Shown in pieces: positions 55,048-64,000 of a stretch of DNA of 64,000 nt. The notes under the pieces are model-generated. The model was not told the origin of the DNA and searched no databases. It saw only the letters and a program-made list of their open reading frames with translations. A program made the position numbers and the translations under genes. Numbering within the stretch: position 1 is the first letter of the stretch; the number at the start of each line of letters is the position of its first letter. The stretch is from Nitrospinales bacterium (GTDB lineage Bacteria > Nitrospinota > Nitrospinia > Nitrospinales > VA-1), in contig CBDCXL010000002.1 in the NCBI GenBank assembly GCA_965223795.1, positions 352,001 to 416,000 on the forward strand. The letters are read 5' to 3'.

Positions 55048-56673
55048 ATGGCCGAATCCGCGATTTCCGGTCTCAATTCAGGGCTCGACACCGCGTCGTT
55101 GATCAGCAGCCTGATCGCGCTGCAGCGGCGTCCGATCGACCTGGTGGAGGCGAAAAAGGAGATCGAGAACCAGAAACTGGCCTCCTTCCAGGAGCTGCAG
55201 TCCCGGCTGCAGACCTTCAAAAGCGTGGTCACCACGCTCAACACGGAAGCGCGCTTTTTGTCCACGCGCGGGGATTTTTCCAACAACAGCGCCACGGACA
55301 CCAACCAGGTGGTCACGCTCGACACGACGAGCCAGGCGGCCTCGGGCACGTTTTCGCTGACGGTCAACCAGCTGGCGCGGGAAAGCAAGCTGATCTCGGA
55401 AGGCTTCGCCGAAACCACGTCCACGGTTCCGCAGGGCATCCTGGAAATCACCGTCGGCTCCACCACGACGACGGTCACCGTCGATTCCTCCAACAACACG
55501 CTCGACGGACTGCGTCTGGCGATCAACAATTCCGGCGCGGACGTTTCGGCTTCGTTTTTAAACGACGGCAGCGCCACCAACCCGGTCAAGCTTCTGGTCT
55601 CCGGCACCAAGACCGGCGCGGACAACAGCGTATCGGTCTCGCTCAAGCAGGGTTTCATCGGCGGCGGCACGCAGGAGGTGCTGGCGTTCACGGAAACGCA
55701 GTCGGCGCAGAACGCCAGTCTGGTTGTGGACGGCGTGTCGGTCACCAAGTCCAACAACACGGTGACCGATGTGATCAACGGGGCGGTGCTCAACCTCAAG
55801 TCCGCCGGTTCCGGCACCATCACGCTGTCCTCGGATCAGGAAGCCATCAAGGAAAAGATCAATGATTTCGTGAACGGCTACAACGACCTCACACTTTTTC
55901 TCAACGAACAGCAGTTTTTGGATCCGGACTCCTTTACGACGGGCGTTTTATTTGGTAATTTTACTGTCCAGAATCTGCAGCAATCGCTTCGCAACACAGT
56001 GAGTGGCCAGGTCGCCGGAGTCGACGGCACGTTCACGTTTCTTTCCCAGATCGGCATCCGCACGCAAAGCGACGGAACGCTTTCGATCGATGATTCCGTT
56101 CTGACCGACGCCCTGACCACGGATATTTCCAATGTCAGTCAGCTTTTCTCCAGCAAGGGGACCACGAGCAACAACAACGTCACGTTCGTCGGCTTCACCA
56201 AGAACACGGTTCCCGGCACTTATGATTTGCGGGTTTCAGGCGGTGTCCCGCAGCTGAGCCCCTCGGGCCAGAACGACTACACGGACGCCGTCGGCGCGGG
56301 CAATTTTTTCGCGGGCGCGGAAGGGACCGATGCGGAAGGCCTCAACTTCAGAATCGGCAACCTCAACGACGGGGACTACGGCACCATCACGCTTTCCATC
56401 GGCGTGGCGGAGACCATCAACCGGGTGCTCGACAACCTGGTGGACACCTCCCTCAACGGACCGCTTTCCGCGGAAATCGACACCATCACGGAAACCATCA
56501 AGGATTTCGACAACACCATCCTTGATCTCGAAGACAGGCTGACCGTGTTTGAAGAGGATCTCAGACTGCGCTTCACCAATCTGGAAATTCTCATCGGGGA
56601 GCTGAACACCCAACGGGACGCGTTCACCCAGGCCCTCGCGGGCGTTCAGAATCTGTTTCAGAACTCCGGCTGA
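55048..56673 (+). CDS. fliD: Flagellar filament cap
   Basis: ISGLNSGLDT, VNQLA, AQNA, NNTVTDVING, terminal LRLRFTNLE. Confidence 0.93.
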   Translation: MAESAISGLNSGLDTASLISSLIALQRRPIDLVEAKKEIENQKLASFQELQSRLQTFKSVVTTLNTEARFLSTRGDFSNNSATDTNQVVTLDTTSQAASGTFSLTVNQLARESKLISEGFAETTSTVPQGILEITVGSTTTTVTVDSSNNTLDGLRLAINNSGADVSASFLNDGSATNPVKLLVSGTKTGADNSVSVSLKQGFIGGGTQEVLAFTETQSAQNASLVVDGVSVTKSNNTVTDVINGAVLNLKSAGSGTITLSSDQEAIKEKINDFVNGYNDLTLFLNEQQFLDPDSFTTGVLFGNFTVQNLQQSLRNTVSGQVAGVDGTFTFLSQIGIRTQSDGTLSIDDSVLTDALTTDISNVSQLFSSKGTTSNNNVTFVGFTKNTVPGTYDLRVSGGVPQLSPSGQNDYTDAVGAGNFFAGAEGTDAEGLNFRIGNLNDGDYGTITLSIGVAETINRVLDNLVDTSLNGPLSAEIDTITETIKDFDNTILDLEDRLTVFEEDLRLRFTNLEILIGELNTQRDAFTQALAGVQNLFQNSG

Positions 56674-56706
56674 TCTCACCCTGAACTCATAGGAGATTTT
56701 CGTTTC

Positions 56707-57141
56707 ATGGTCCCCTCCAAGCACTACCAGGCCTACAAGCAGAACCAGGTTTCCACCTCCAGTCAGGGCAAACTGATCATCATGATGTACGAGGGAGCCA
56801 AAAAGTTCACGTACATGGCCATCGACGCTCTGGACAGGGGCGACATCTCCGCGAAGAGCCTGTACATTCAAAAAACCCACGACATCATCAACGAACTTTC
56901 GGTGTCGCTCGACCTCAAAAAAGGCGGCGATGTGGCGGTGCGGCTGGAAAGCCTGTATCAGTTCATCCTCAACCAACTGACGCTGGCGAACATCAAGTCC
57001 GACCGCAAGGCACTGGAATCGATCATCAAGGTGCTCGACCCGCTGCTCGACGGCTGGACGCAATTGTTCAACGAGGCGCAGGCATCCAATGGCGCACCGG
57101 TGCGGCCCGCTCCGCAAAGAAGCATCGCTTCTAAAATCTGA
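56707..57141 (+). CDS. fliS: Flagellin chaperone
   Basis: AYKQNQV, LIIMMYEGA, LDLKKGG, LESLY. Confidence 0.94.
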   Translation: MVPSKHYQAYKQNQVSTSSQGKLIIMMYEGAKKFTYMAIDALDRGDISAKSLYIQKTHDIINELSVSLDLKKGGDVAVRLESLYQFILNQLTLANIKSDRKALESIIKVLDPLLDGWTQLFNEAQASNGAPVRPAPQRSIASKI

Positions 57142-57347
57142 TCCTTACTCCCGCACGCGCGGGGTTTCCCTTTCTTCCCGCAACCTTCTTTTTCCCTTCC
57201 TGCGCGATCCGTTCCGTTTCACCTTAGAACCGGCAATCCCGTTGAAACCACGGGGATTTTTTGCCAATTTGCTTTGACAAGGTATGGGAGCTGTGATAAA
57301 AACGGTTCTCTTTTATCCCGCAAACCCATTCCCTTAAAGCAAGTGCG

Positions 57348-58508
57348 ATGAAAATTCACGAGTACCAGGCGAAGGAAATCCTGGCGAAATACAATGTCCC
57401 GGTGCCGACGGGAATCCTGGTGGACGATCCGGCGCAGGCGCCCGACGCGGCGAGCAAGCTGGGCACGCCGGTGACGGTGGTCAAGGCGCAGATCCACGCG
57501 GGCGGACGCGGCAAAGGCGGCGGGGTGAAACTCGCCAAAAGCCCGGAAGAAGCGCGGACGCACGCGGAAAGCATCATCGGCATGACGCTGGTGACGCCGC
57601 AGACCGGGCCGGAAGGCCGGCTGGTGAAAAAAGTCCTGATCGAAGAGGGAATGGACATCGCCAAGGAACTGTATCTCGGCATCCTCATCGACCGCGAGTC
57701 GAGCCGGGTGCTGATCATGGCCAGCGAAGCGGGCGGCATGGAGATCGAGGAAGTGGCGGCGGAGACGCCGGAGAAGATCCACAAGGAAATCGTCGATCCG
57801 GTCGTCGGGGTCAAGCCCTACCTGGCGCGCAAGATCGCCTTCGCGCTCAATCTGGAAGGCGACGCGTTCAAAAAGATGGTTCCGTTCATCATCAACCTGT
57901 ACGAAGCGTTCGTTAAGGAAGACTGCGACATGCTGGAGATCAACCCGCTGGTGGTCACTTCCGAGGACCGCGTGCTGGCGCTGGACGCCAAGGTGAGCAT
58001 CGACGACAACGCGCTCTACCGGCACAAGGAAACGGCGGCCTACCGGGATCTCGACGAAGAAGCGCCGCTTGAGGTGGAGGCCTCGAAGTTTCACCTCAAC
58101 TACATCAAGCTCGACGGCAACATCGGCTGCATGGTGAACGGCGCCGGCCTGGCGATGGCGACGATGGACATCATCAAGCATTCGGGCGGCGAACCGGCGA
58201 ACTTTCTCGACGTGGGCGGCGGCGCCAACGAGGAGATGATCGAAAACGGTTTCCGCATCCTGCTTTCCGACGAAAACGTGAAAGCGATTTTCATCAATAT
58301 TTTCGGCGGCATCCTGCGGTGCGACATTCTGGCGCGCGGCGTGGTGGCGGCGGCGAAAAAACTCAACGTTCAAGTCCCCATCGTTGTCCGCATGGAAGGC
58401 ACCAACATGGAGGAAGGGCACAAGATTCTGGAAGAGTCCGGCCTCTCTTTCGTCGTGGGCAATGGAATGAAAGACGCAGCACAAAAAGCGGTGAAATCGA
58501 TCCAATGA
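57348..58508 (+). CDS. sucC: Succinyl-CoA synthetase beta
   Basis: [40 protein letters not shown]. Confidence 0.97.
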   Translation: MKIHEYQAKEILAKYNVPVPTGILVDDPAQAPDAASKLGTPVTVVKAQIHAGGRGKGGGVKLAKSPEEARTHAESIIGMTLVTPQTGPEGRLVKKVLIEEGMDIAKELYLGILIDRESSRVLIMASEAGGMEIEEVAAETPEKIHKEIVDPVVGVKPYLARKIAFALNLEGDAFKKMVPFIINLYEAFVKEDCDMLEINPLVVTSEDRVLALDAKVSIDDNALYRHKETAAYRDLDEEAPLEVEASKFHLNYIKLDGNIGCMVNGAGLAMATMDIIKHSGGEPANFLDVGGGANEEMIENGFRILLSDENVKAIFINIFGGILRCDILARGVVAAAKKLNVQVPIVVRMEGTNMEEGHKILEESGLSFVVGNGMKDAAQKAVKSIQ

Positions 58509-59374
58509 GCATTCTAGTCGATGAAAATACGAGATTGATCGTCCAGGGCATCACCGGACGGGAAGGCCAGTTTCATGCCGAGCAGAGCATGCTTTACGGA
58601 ACCAAACTGGTGGGCGGCGTCACGCCCGGCAAGGGCGGGCAGACGGTTCTGGAAAAAGTCCCCGTGTTCAACACGGTGTCCGAGGCCGCCAAGAAAACCA
58701 GGGCCAACGCCACCATGATCTTCGTGCCGCCGCCGTTCGCGGCGGACGCGATCCTGGAAGCGGCGTCCGCGGGGATCGAGCTGATCATCTGCATCACCGA
58801 AGGCATCCCCACCTACGACATGGTCGAGGTGTACAAATACCTGGAAAACTCCGAATCGCGGCTGATCGGCCCCAACTGCCCGGGCGTCATCTCCCCCGGC
58901 AAGGCCAAGATCGGCATCATGCCGGCGCACATCCACAAAAAAGGCAACGTCGGCATCATCTCCCGCAGCGGCACGCTGACCTATGAAACGGTGGGGCAGC
59001 TCACCGCGATGGGAATCGGCCAGTCCACCTGCGTGGGCATCGGCGGCGACCCGATCATCGGCAGCCGGTTCACCGACATCCTGGAGCTGTTCAACAAGGA
59101 CCGCGGCACCAAGGCCATCTGCATGATCGGAGAAATCGGCGGCAGCGCCGAGGACGAGGCGGCCCGCTACATCAAAAAGAACGTCAAGAAACCGGTCGTC
59201 GGTTTCATCGCCGGGCAGACCGCGCCTCCGGGCCGCAGGATGGGACACGCGGGCGCCATCATCTCAGGCGGACAGGGCACGGCGGAGGAGAAGATGAAGG
59301 TCATGAAACGCTGCGGCATCAAAGTCTGCAAAAGCCCGGCGGACCTGGGAAAAACCATCTCCAAGGTGCTCTGA
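58505..59374 (+). CDS. sucD: Succinyl-CoA synthetase alpha
   Basis: [26 protein letters not shown]. Confidence 0.97.
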   Translation: MSILVDENTRLIVQGITGREGQFHAEQSMLYGTKLVGGVTPGKGGQTVLEKVPVFNTVSEAAKKTRANATMIFVPPPFAADAILEAASAGIELIICITEGIPTYDMVEVYKYLENSESRLIGPNCPGVISPGKAKIGIMPAHIHKKGNVGIISRSGTLTYETVGQLTAMGIGQSTCVGIGGDPIIGSRFTDILELFNKDRGTKAICMIGEIGGSAEDEAARYIKKNVKKPVVGFIAGQTAPPGRRMGHAGAIISGGQGTAEEKMKVMKRCGIKVCKSPADLGKTISKVL

Positions 59375-59505
59375 CAAAACGGGGAAAGGCGGCCTGCCCT
59401 TCCCTCAGGCTTTAACCGGCCACACTCCCACCGCAAGCGCCCGCTTTCCATACACCAATATTAAAAATATTTGCACCGGCAGTCGCGGGGACTCATCTTA
59501 GCTTC

Positions 59506-59703
59506 ATGAACGCGCAAATCTGCAAAAAGTGCGGTATGGAAAACGTCACCAAGTCCGCCTGGTGTGAAAAATGCCTGACGCCGTTTCACGAATACGGTGA
59601 AGACCAGAAGATCCACTGCCCTGAATGCAAGCACGTCAATTCTTATACGGAAGAATACTGTGAGGTCTGCCACGAACCGCTCAAGCCGGGTCAGTGGGAG
59701 TGA
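59506..59703 (+). CDS. Double zinc-ribbon small protein
   Basis: Four CxxC motifs in 65 aa. Confidence 0.8.
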   Translation: MNAQICKKCGMENVTKSAWCEKCLTPFHEYGEDQKIHCPECKHVNSYTEEYCEVCHEPLKPGQWE

Positions 59704-59709
59704 GGACGG

Positions 59710-60156
59710 TCAATCCTCTTCTTCCTTGTCAGAGTCCTCATAGGAAAGGTAGGACAAGCGGCTCTGGTAATCCAGCAGATCGAACGCCTTGCCCTGGCGG
59801 AACGTGGAAAAGTACTGGTCCGCGTAGACGCCGATGATGGCGTGCAGGGCATCGTGCTCTTCCATCCCCTGGTCTTTGAGCCGGTTTAAGGTCTCCTGCA
59901 CGAATGGAGGGTCGCCGTTGAGCAGCTGCTTGTCAACGGTGACATGTAAAACCGTGTGTACAAATGGACTCACTATCTGTCCGCCGATCTCCTGGGGATA
60001 GGTGGCGAGTTCCCCCTGTTTCCAGACATCGTCGAATTCCGGGTGCATGTCCATGATGTACGCGATCCGCTCGTCCACCTCGTCGATTTCCCTGCCTTCC
60101 TGACGCCCGGCGGCGACCTGGAGAATGCGAACCTGGGTTTCCTTATCAAAATTCAT
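59710..60156 (-). CDS. DUF1841-like protein
   Basis: MHPEF...SPFVHTVLHVTVDKQ...HDALH. Confidence 0.75.
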   Translation of the reverse strand: MNFDKETQVRILQVAAGRQEGREIDEVDERIAYIMDMHPEFDDVWKQGELATYPQEIGGQIVSPFVHTVLHVTVDKQLLNGDPPFVQETLNRLKDQGMEEHDALHAIIGVYADQYFSTFRQGKAFDLLDYQSRLSYLSYEDSDKEEED

Positions 60157-60229
60157 GGTGAATCCCCTATCGTGTGATCCTGTGGGAAGTTGGATGGTGC
60201 TCTGTTAATTTGTTAGAGCGGAAAACCCG

Positions 60230-60514
60230 TCAGGGGGTTTCGGAAAAATGCGTCCTTCTCTTGGAGCCCTCGCCGCCATACACCATGAACACCCTTTTCC
60301 CCTGCCGCATGTGGTACTTGGCCCAGGCGGGGGATTTGTCCTGGTAGCTGGCATCAGGGTCCTCGCCTTCCGCCTTGAGGTAATCCGGGTAATCCAGGCC
60401 GGCTTCGTACACGTCCAGAAGCAGGCAGTCGGTGTTGAAGCCCTCTCCGGTCAGCTTGATCTGGCTCAAAAAGGTCTCGATTTCAGCGGGATCGTTCAGT
60501 TCAATGGGCTGCAT
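60230..60514 (-). CDS. Hypothetical protein
   Basis: 94 aa, AAGGA RBS. Confidence 0.7.
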   Translation of the reverse strand: MQPIELNDPAEIETFLSQIKLTGEGFNTDCLLLDVYEAGLDYPDYLKAEGEDPDASYQDKSPAWAKYHMRQGKRVFMVYGGEGSKRRTHFSETP

Positions 60515-60808
60515 GGTGTGTTCCTTGAATTCGGATGAAGCGCGCGCCGCATGCGGCGGGGCCCGGTGTCCGCAGCGCGCAGGATTTCCTGATCTGGCTC
60601 AGCTCTGGCGTCCGGCGGCCCCGGATTCCGGCCCCCGAAATTCAACCTGGGGCTGGATTTGGACGCACAAGGGGGGTATTGTAAAACAAACGATATTTCA
60701 GGGAAAATCAAAAAACTCGATTTTCAGCAAAACTATTTTCCCCGATCTCCATCGAAAACCTGTGAATTAAAGCGAAAAACGATTAAAATACAACTTTGGG
60801 GATAAGAC

Positions 60809-61138
60809 ATGGTTACCCAGGAAAACCTGTTGTTATGCCGAACCGAACCCAATGGGATGGGCGGCACCCAGTTTCTGTTCAAAGTGAATGATTACGGTGT
60901 CGTCGCCGTGACCCGGCCCGAGGAAAATATCGCCAATATTCACTGGCAGGTGGATATCATCCGATATTCGAACACCAGTCCCATCGAATATTCCGTATGC
61001 CACACCACGGAACTGGCCAGCAAAACCCTTAAATTTTTCAACGACAATTCCCTGAACGAATTCCTTGAAAAAGCGTTTTCCTACTTCAGCGAACTCAACC
61101 AGCTTGAGAATATGCTGCCCAAGGACAAGCGCGTCTGA
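60809..61138 (+). CDS. Hypothetical protein
   Basis: 109 aa, GGGGA RBS. Confidence 0.7.
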   Translation: MVTQENLLLCRTEPNGMGGTQFLFKVNDYGVVAVTRPEENIANIHWQVDIIRYSNTSPIEYSVCHTTELASKTLKFFNDNSLNEFLEKAFSYFSELNQLENMLPKDKRV

Positions 61139-61165
61139 AAAGACTCATATTTAGTGGGTTATCAC

Positions 61166-61193
61166 TTGACAGAGCTTAGTGTTCTTATTTAAT
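61166..61193 (+). promoter_or_regulatory. Putative sigma-70 promoter of the oxidoreductase operon
   Basis: TTGACA-N16-TTTAAT, flanked by the inverted repeat CTCATATT/AATATGAG. Confidence 0.45.
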
Positions 61194-61441
61194 ATGAGGC
61201 TCATTTTTGACACGGTTATGAATGATAATTCGGGTGTGATTCGGGCTTTATTTCCGGCCCTTTAGATTCAGCTCCGGTTTTCCGGTTAAGAATGCCGATT
61301 CTCAGGATGACAGAGCCGCACCTCGCTCAAGAATCCTTTTTCTAACAAATTAGAACAAATAAGATTACTTTCTAAATCGTCGGTAGCGGGTTTCCCTATA
61401 AAGACTACTGGTTACAAACGTATTGATTGAGGAGACAGCAT

Positions 61442-62653
61442 ATGTCGAACCTAAATCCCCAGGCTGAAGGCAAACCTAAAGATTGGGTACCAGCGGGTGA
61501 TTTGCAGAAGGTGGTTTCCGCCACCGAAATGTTTCACAAGCTTCCCAGGGAAACCCAGTTTATCACCGGCAGTGAAGCCGCACGGGAATCGATTCGCCGG
61601 GCCAATGTGGATGTGGCGATTTCCTATCCCATCACGCCGCAGAGTGAAACGATGCAGCAGGCGGGCTATCTCTACGACGAAGGCTATATCAAGGATTACT
61701 ACCGCGGCGAGGAAGAAATCGGCGTGATGTCCGCCATCTCCGGCGCTTCCCGCGCTGGTGTCCGCTGTCTCACGGCCACCGCCGGCCCCGGCCTGATGCG
61801 CGGTATGGAAGCCATCGCTTCCTGGCCCGGCGCCCGCGTGCCGCTGGTCCTGCTCGACATGTGCCGGGTCATCAACACGCCGCTCGCCATTCAGCCCGAC
61901 AACATCGAGATGTCCTTCATGCTGAACACCGGCATCCTGCTGTTGCACGCGGAAAACCAGCAGGATTTCTACGATTACCCGCTGGCGGCGTTCATCGTGT
62001 CCGAGGAAGTGGACGTGACGCTACCCGCCGTGGTGTCGGTGGATGGATTTTTTGTGACCCACGCTCGCGGACAGGTTTCCATGACTTCGGATGAATACAA
62101 ACTGCCGCCGCGTGACGGCTGGCGGTCCGCTGTGCCCGCGATGGACAACGAGAACCCGCCGGCACGCCTGTCGCGCGACGCTCCGATTCAGAAGAGTAAC
62201 TTCATCAGCTACCACATGCATTCCAGCTGGCAGCAGGAAGTGTTCGCGGCCGTCGAACGCTCGGCCAAGTATTTCGACCACTACCTGGGCGGTCTCATTG
62301 AAGTGGTCAACCCCGAAGCGGAGGATTTCATCATCGCTTCCGGCTCGGCCGTATCGCAGGCCCGCGAAGCGGTGCGCCAGGAAGGGGAACAGGGACGCAT
62401 GGTGGGACTGGTCAAGGTCAAAACCATCCGGCCGTTTCCTCGACAGCAGATCATCGATGCGGTGAAACATGCGAAGCGCATCCTGGTGCCTGAATTCAAC
62501 CAGGCGGGGTGGATGCACAAGGAAGTCTGTTCGGTGCTTTACGGCAAGTGTAAAGCGGAAATTTCCGCGGGCCCGAGGGTGTACGGCGGAATGACCATGC
62601 CGACGGAAATGGTCCTCGAATGGCTGGACTATGCCAGAAAACAAACTCCCTGA
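61442..62653 (+). CDS. 2-oxoacid:ferredoxin oxidoreductase alpha subunit (POR/OGOR type)
   Basis: SYPITPQSE, TATAGPG, DGFFVTH, IRPFP. GAGGAG RBS. Confidence 0.92.
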   Translation: MSNLNPQAEGKPKDWVPAGDLQKVVSATEMFHKLPRETQFITGSEAARESIRRANVDVAISYPITPQSETMQQAGYLYDEGYIKDYYRGEEEIGVMSAISGASRAGVRCLTATAGPGLMRGMEAIASWPGARVPLVLLDMCRVINTPLAIQPDNIEMSFMLNTGILLLHAENQQDFYDYPLAAFIVSEEVDVTLPAVVSVDGFFVTHARGQVSMTSDEYKLPPRDGWRSAVPAMDNENPPARLSRDAPIQKSNFISYHMHSSWQQEVFAAVERSAKYFDHYLGGLIEVVNPEAEDFIIASGSAVSQAREAVRQEGEQGRMVGLVKVKTIRPFPRQQIIDAVKHAKRILVPEFNQAGWMHKEVCSVLYGKCKAEISAGPRVYGGMTMPTEMVLEWLDYARKQTP

Positions 62654-62800
62654 ACGGGTTTGCGATCCGGCGCCAGGTGCGGGCCGGAATGATTTATGGT
62701 GCTAAACCGGAAAAAAAAGCGTTTTCCGGTTACAATATAAAAGACGTTTACAGTCCTAAATACATTATAAATTCTATTTTTTAATATAAAGGATCACGAT

Positions 62801-63676
62801 ATGTCTTTAGAAACCCTCTTTCCCGCTCCGGCTTTTAAAGAACATCTTCCTATCGAATACAAGGATCTCGTGGATCACGGCCCCTACGGTAAACAGAAGA
62901 AAGTCACCGACATGGGCAAATTCAAAGAGGTCCTGGAAGAACACCCCATGTGCGCCGGTTGCGCCATGACTCTGTTCATTCGCCTGGCTTACATCGGCAT
63001 GCCCAATCCGGAGCACTCCATTGTGGTCGGAACGGCGGGCTGTGGCCGCCTGGCCTTGTCCCAGGCTTCGGTTCCATTTATTTACGGCAACTACGGCGAC
63101 ACCAACGCAGTGGCCTCGGGCCTGAAACGCGGCCTCGAAATCCGCTTCCCCAAAACCAATAAAGACGTCGTGGTGATGGCCGGTGACGGCGGTCTGGTCG
63201 ACATCGGTTTCCAGGGTCTCATGCACAGCTGGTTCCGGCACGAAAAGTTCACCACCATCATGCTGGACAACGAAGTGTATGGAAACACCGGCGGACAGGA
63301 AAGCGGCATGACCAACAAGGGGAAAGTGCTGAAGATGGCTCCGCGCGGCAAGATCGATGAGAAAATGGACGTGCTCGGTCTGGCAAAGGTCGCAAAACTG
63401 GACTACATCGCGCGGCTGGCGCCCACCAACCCCGCCCGTGTCGCGCGGACGGTACGCCGGGCCATCCTGGTCGCCCGTGAATTCGGCGCGACTTACATTC
63501 AGGCTTACACTTCCTGCAACATCGAGTACTCCATCCCGACTCCGGACGTCATGAAGGATGCCTTTGAGATTGAAAAGGAACGCTACGGATTTGAGGAAAT
63601 CATCTCCGATCGCGCCCGGGAATATCTGAAAGATATCGAAGCCAAAGAGAAGAAGAAGAAAAAAGCCAAAAAATAA
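62801..63676 (+). CDS. 2-oxoacid:ferredoxin oxidoreductase beta (TPP-binding) subunit
   Basis: CAGC, GDGG...DNEVYGNTGGQES. Confidence 0.93.
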   Translation: MSLETLFPAPAFKEHLPIEYKDLVDHGPYGKQKKVTDMGKFKEVLEEHPMCAGCAMTLFIRLAYIGMPNPEHSIVVGTAGCGRLALSQASVPFIYGNYGDTNAVASGLKRGLEIRFPKTNKDVVVMAGDGGLVDIGFQGLMHSWFRHEKFTTIMLDNEVYGNTGGQESGMTNKGKVLKMAPRGKIDEKMDVLGLAKVAKLDYIARLAPTNPARVARTVRRAILVAREFGATYIQAYTSCNIEYSIPTPDVMKDAFEIEKERYGFEEIISDRAREYLKDIEAKEKKKKKAKK

Positions 63677-63689
63677 GGAGAAAACCACA

Positions 63690-64000
63690 ATGGCAGAAGT
63701 CAAGCGCTACAATGTCCGCATGGCGGGAATCGGAGGCCAGGGGGTTGTGACCGCATCCCATATCATCAGTAACGGTGTGGTCATTTCCGGAGGGCACAGC
63801 TCTCTCGTGCCGTTTTTCGGGTCCGAGAAACGGAACGCACCGGTTGAAAGTTACGTGAGGATTTCCAATCAGGAGATTTACGAGATCGGCGAGATCATCT
63901 TCCCCAACGTGATCATGATCTTCCATCCCTCCGTTATCACGCTGGGAAAATCCTACACGATGCCTTTTTACACCGGCCTCAAAAAAGGCGGCATCATTCT
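63690..64000 (+). CDS. 2-oxoacid:ferredoxin oxidoreductase gamma subunit (runs off the window)
   Basis: Manual translation MAEVKRYNVRMAGIGGQGVVTAS...FFGSEKRNAPVESYVR. AAGGAG RBS. Confidence 0.9.
   Translation, partial: MAEVKRYNVRMAGIGGQGVVTASHIISNGVVISGGHSSLVPFFGSEKRNAPVESYVRISNQEIYEIGEIIFPNVIMIFHPSVITLGKSYTMPFYTGLKKGGII

Noticed and set aside
61301..61312. CTCAGGATGACA matching the end of repeat family A
   Set aside because: Only 12 nt with no partner arm, so it could be chance

Overview
GC-rich bacterial chromosome segment that is mostly core genes. I infer a Nitrospina-like reverse-TCA autotroph from the 2-oxoacid:ferredoxin oxidoreductase subunits next to sucCD; this is not confirmed. 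Core content: pgi-tal-glk, PBP1A/SPOR, hemB, birA, two Slp lipoproteins, a DnaJ-like protein, oppB-[sorAB]-oppC, ubiD-uvrA, a complete F1Fo ATP synthase operon, holB-PSP1-metG-tatD, a DUF4175-like/TPR-peptidase/MoxR module, fliD-fliS, sucCD and the start of a por-type operon. I saw no rRNA, tRNA, CRISPR array or intact transposase. The most unusual signal is non-coding. Two families of short palindromic (REP-like) repeats sit in intergenic spaces, including inside the atp operon. Both carry smaller hairpin units inserted at the same site in opposite arms, and one family is nested two levels deep. Between uvrA and atpC, a 54-bp duplication of the atpC 3' end brackets a frameshifted orphan BrnA antitoxin, next to an AT-rich Abi/HEPN-like gene. 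All family assignments come from motif recognition by eye, not database searches.
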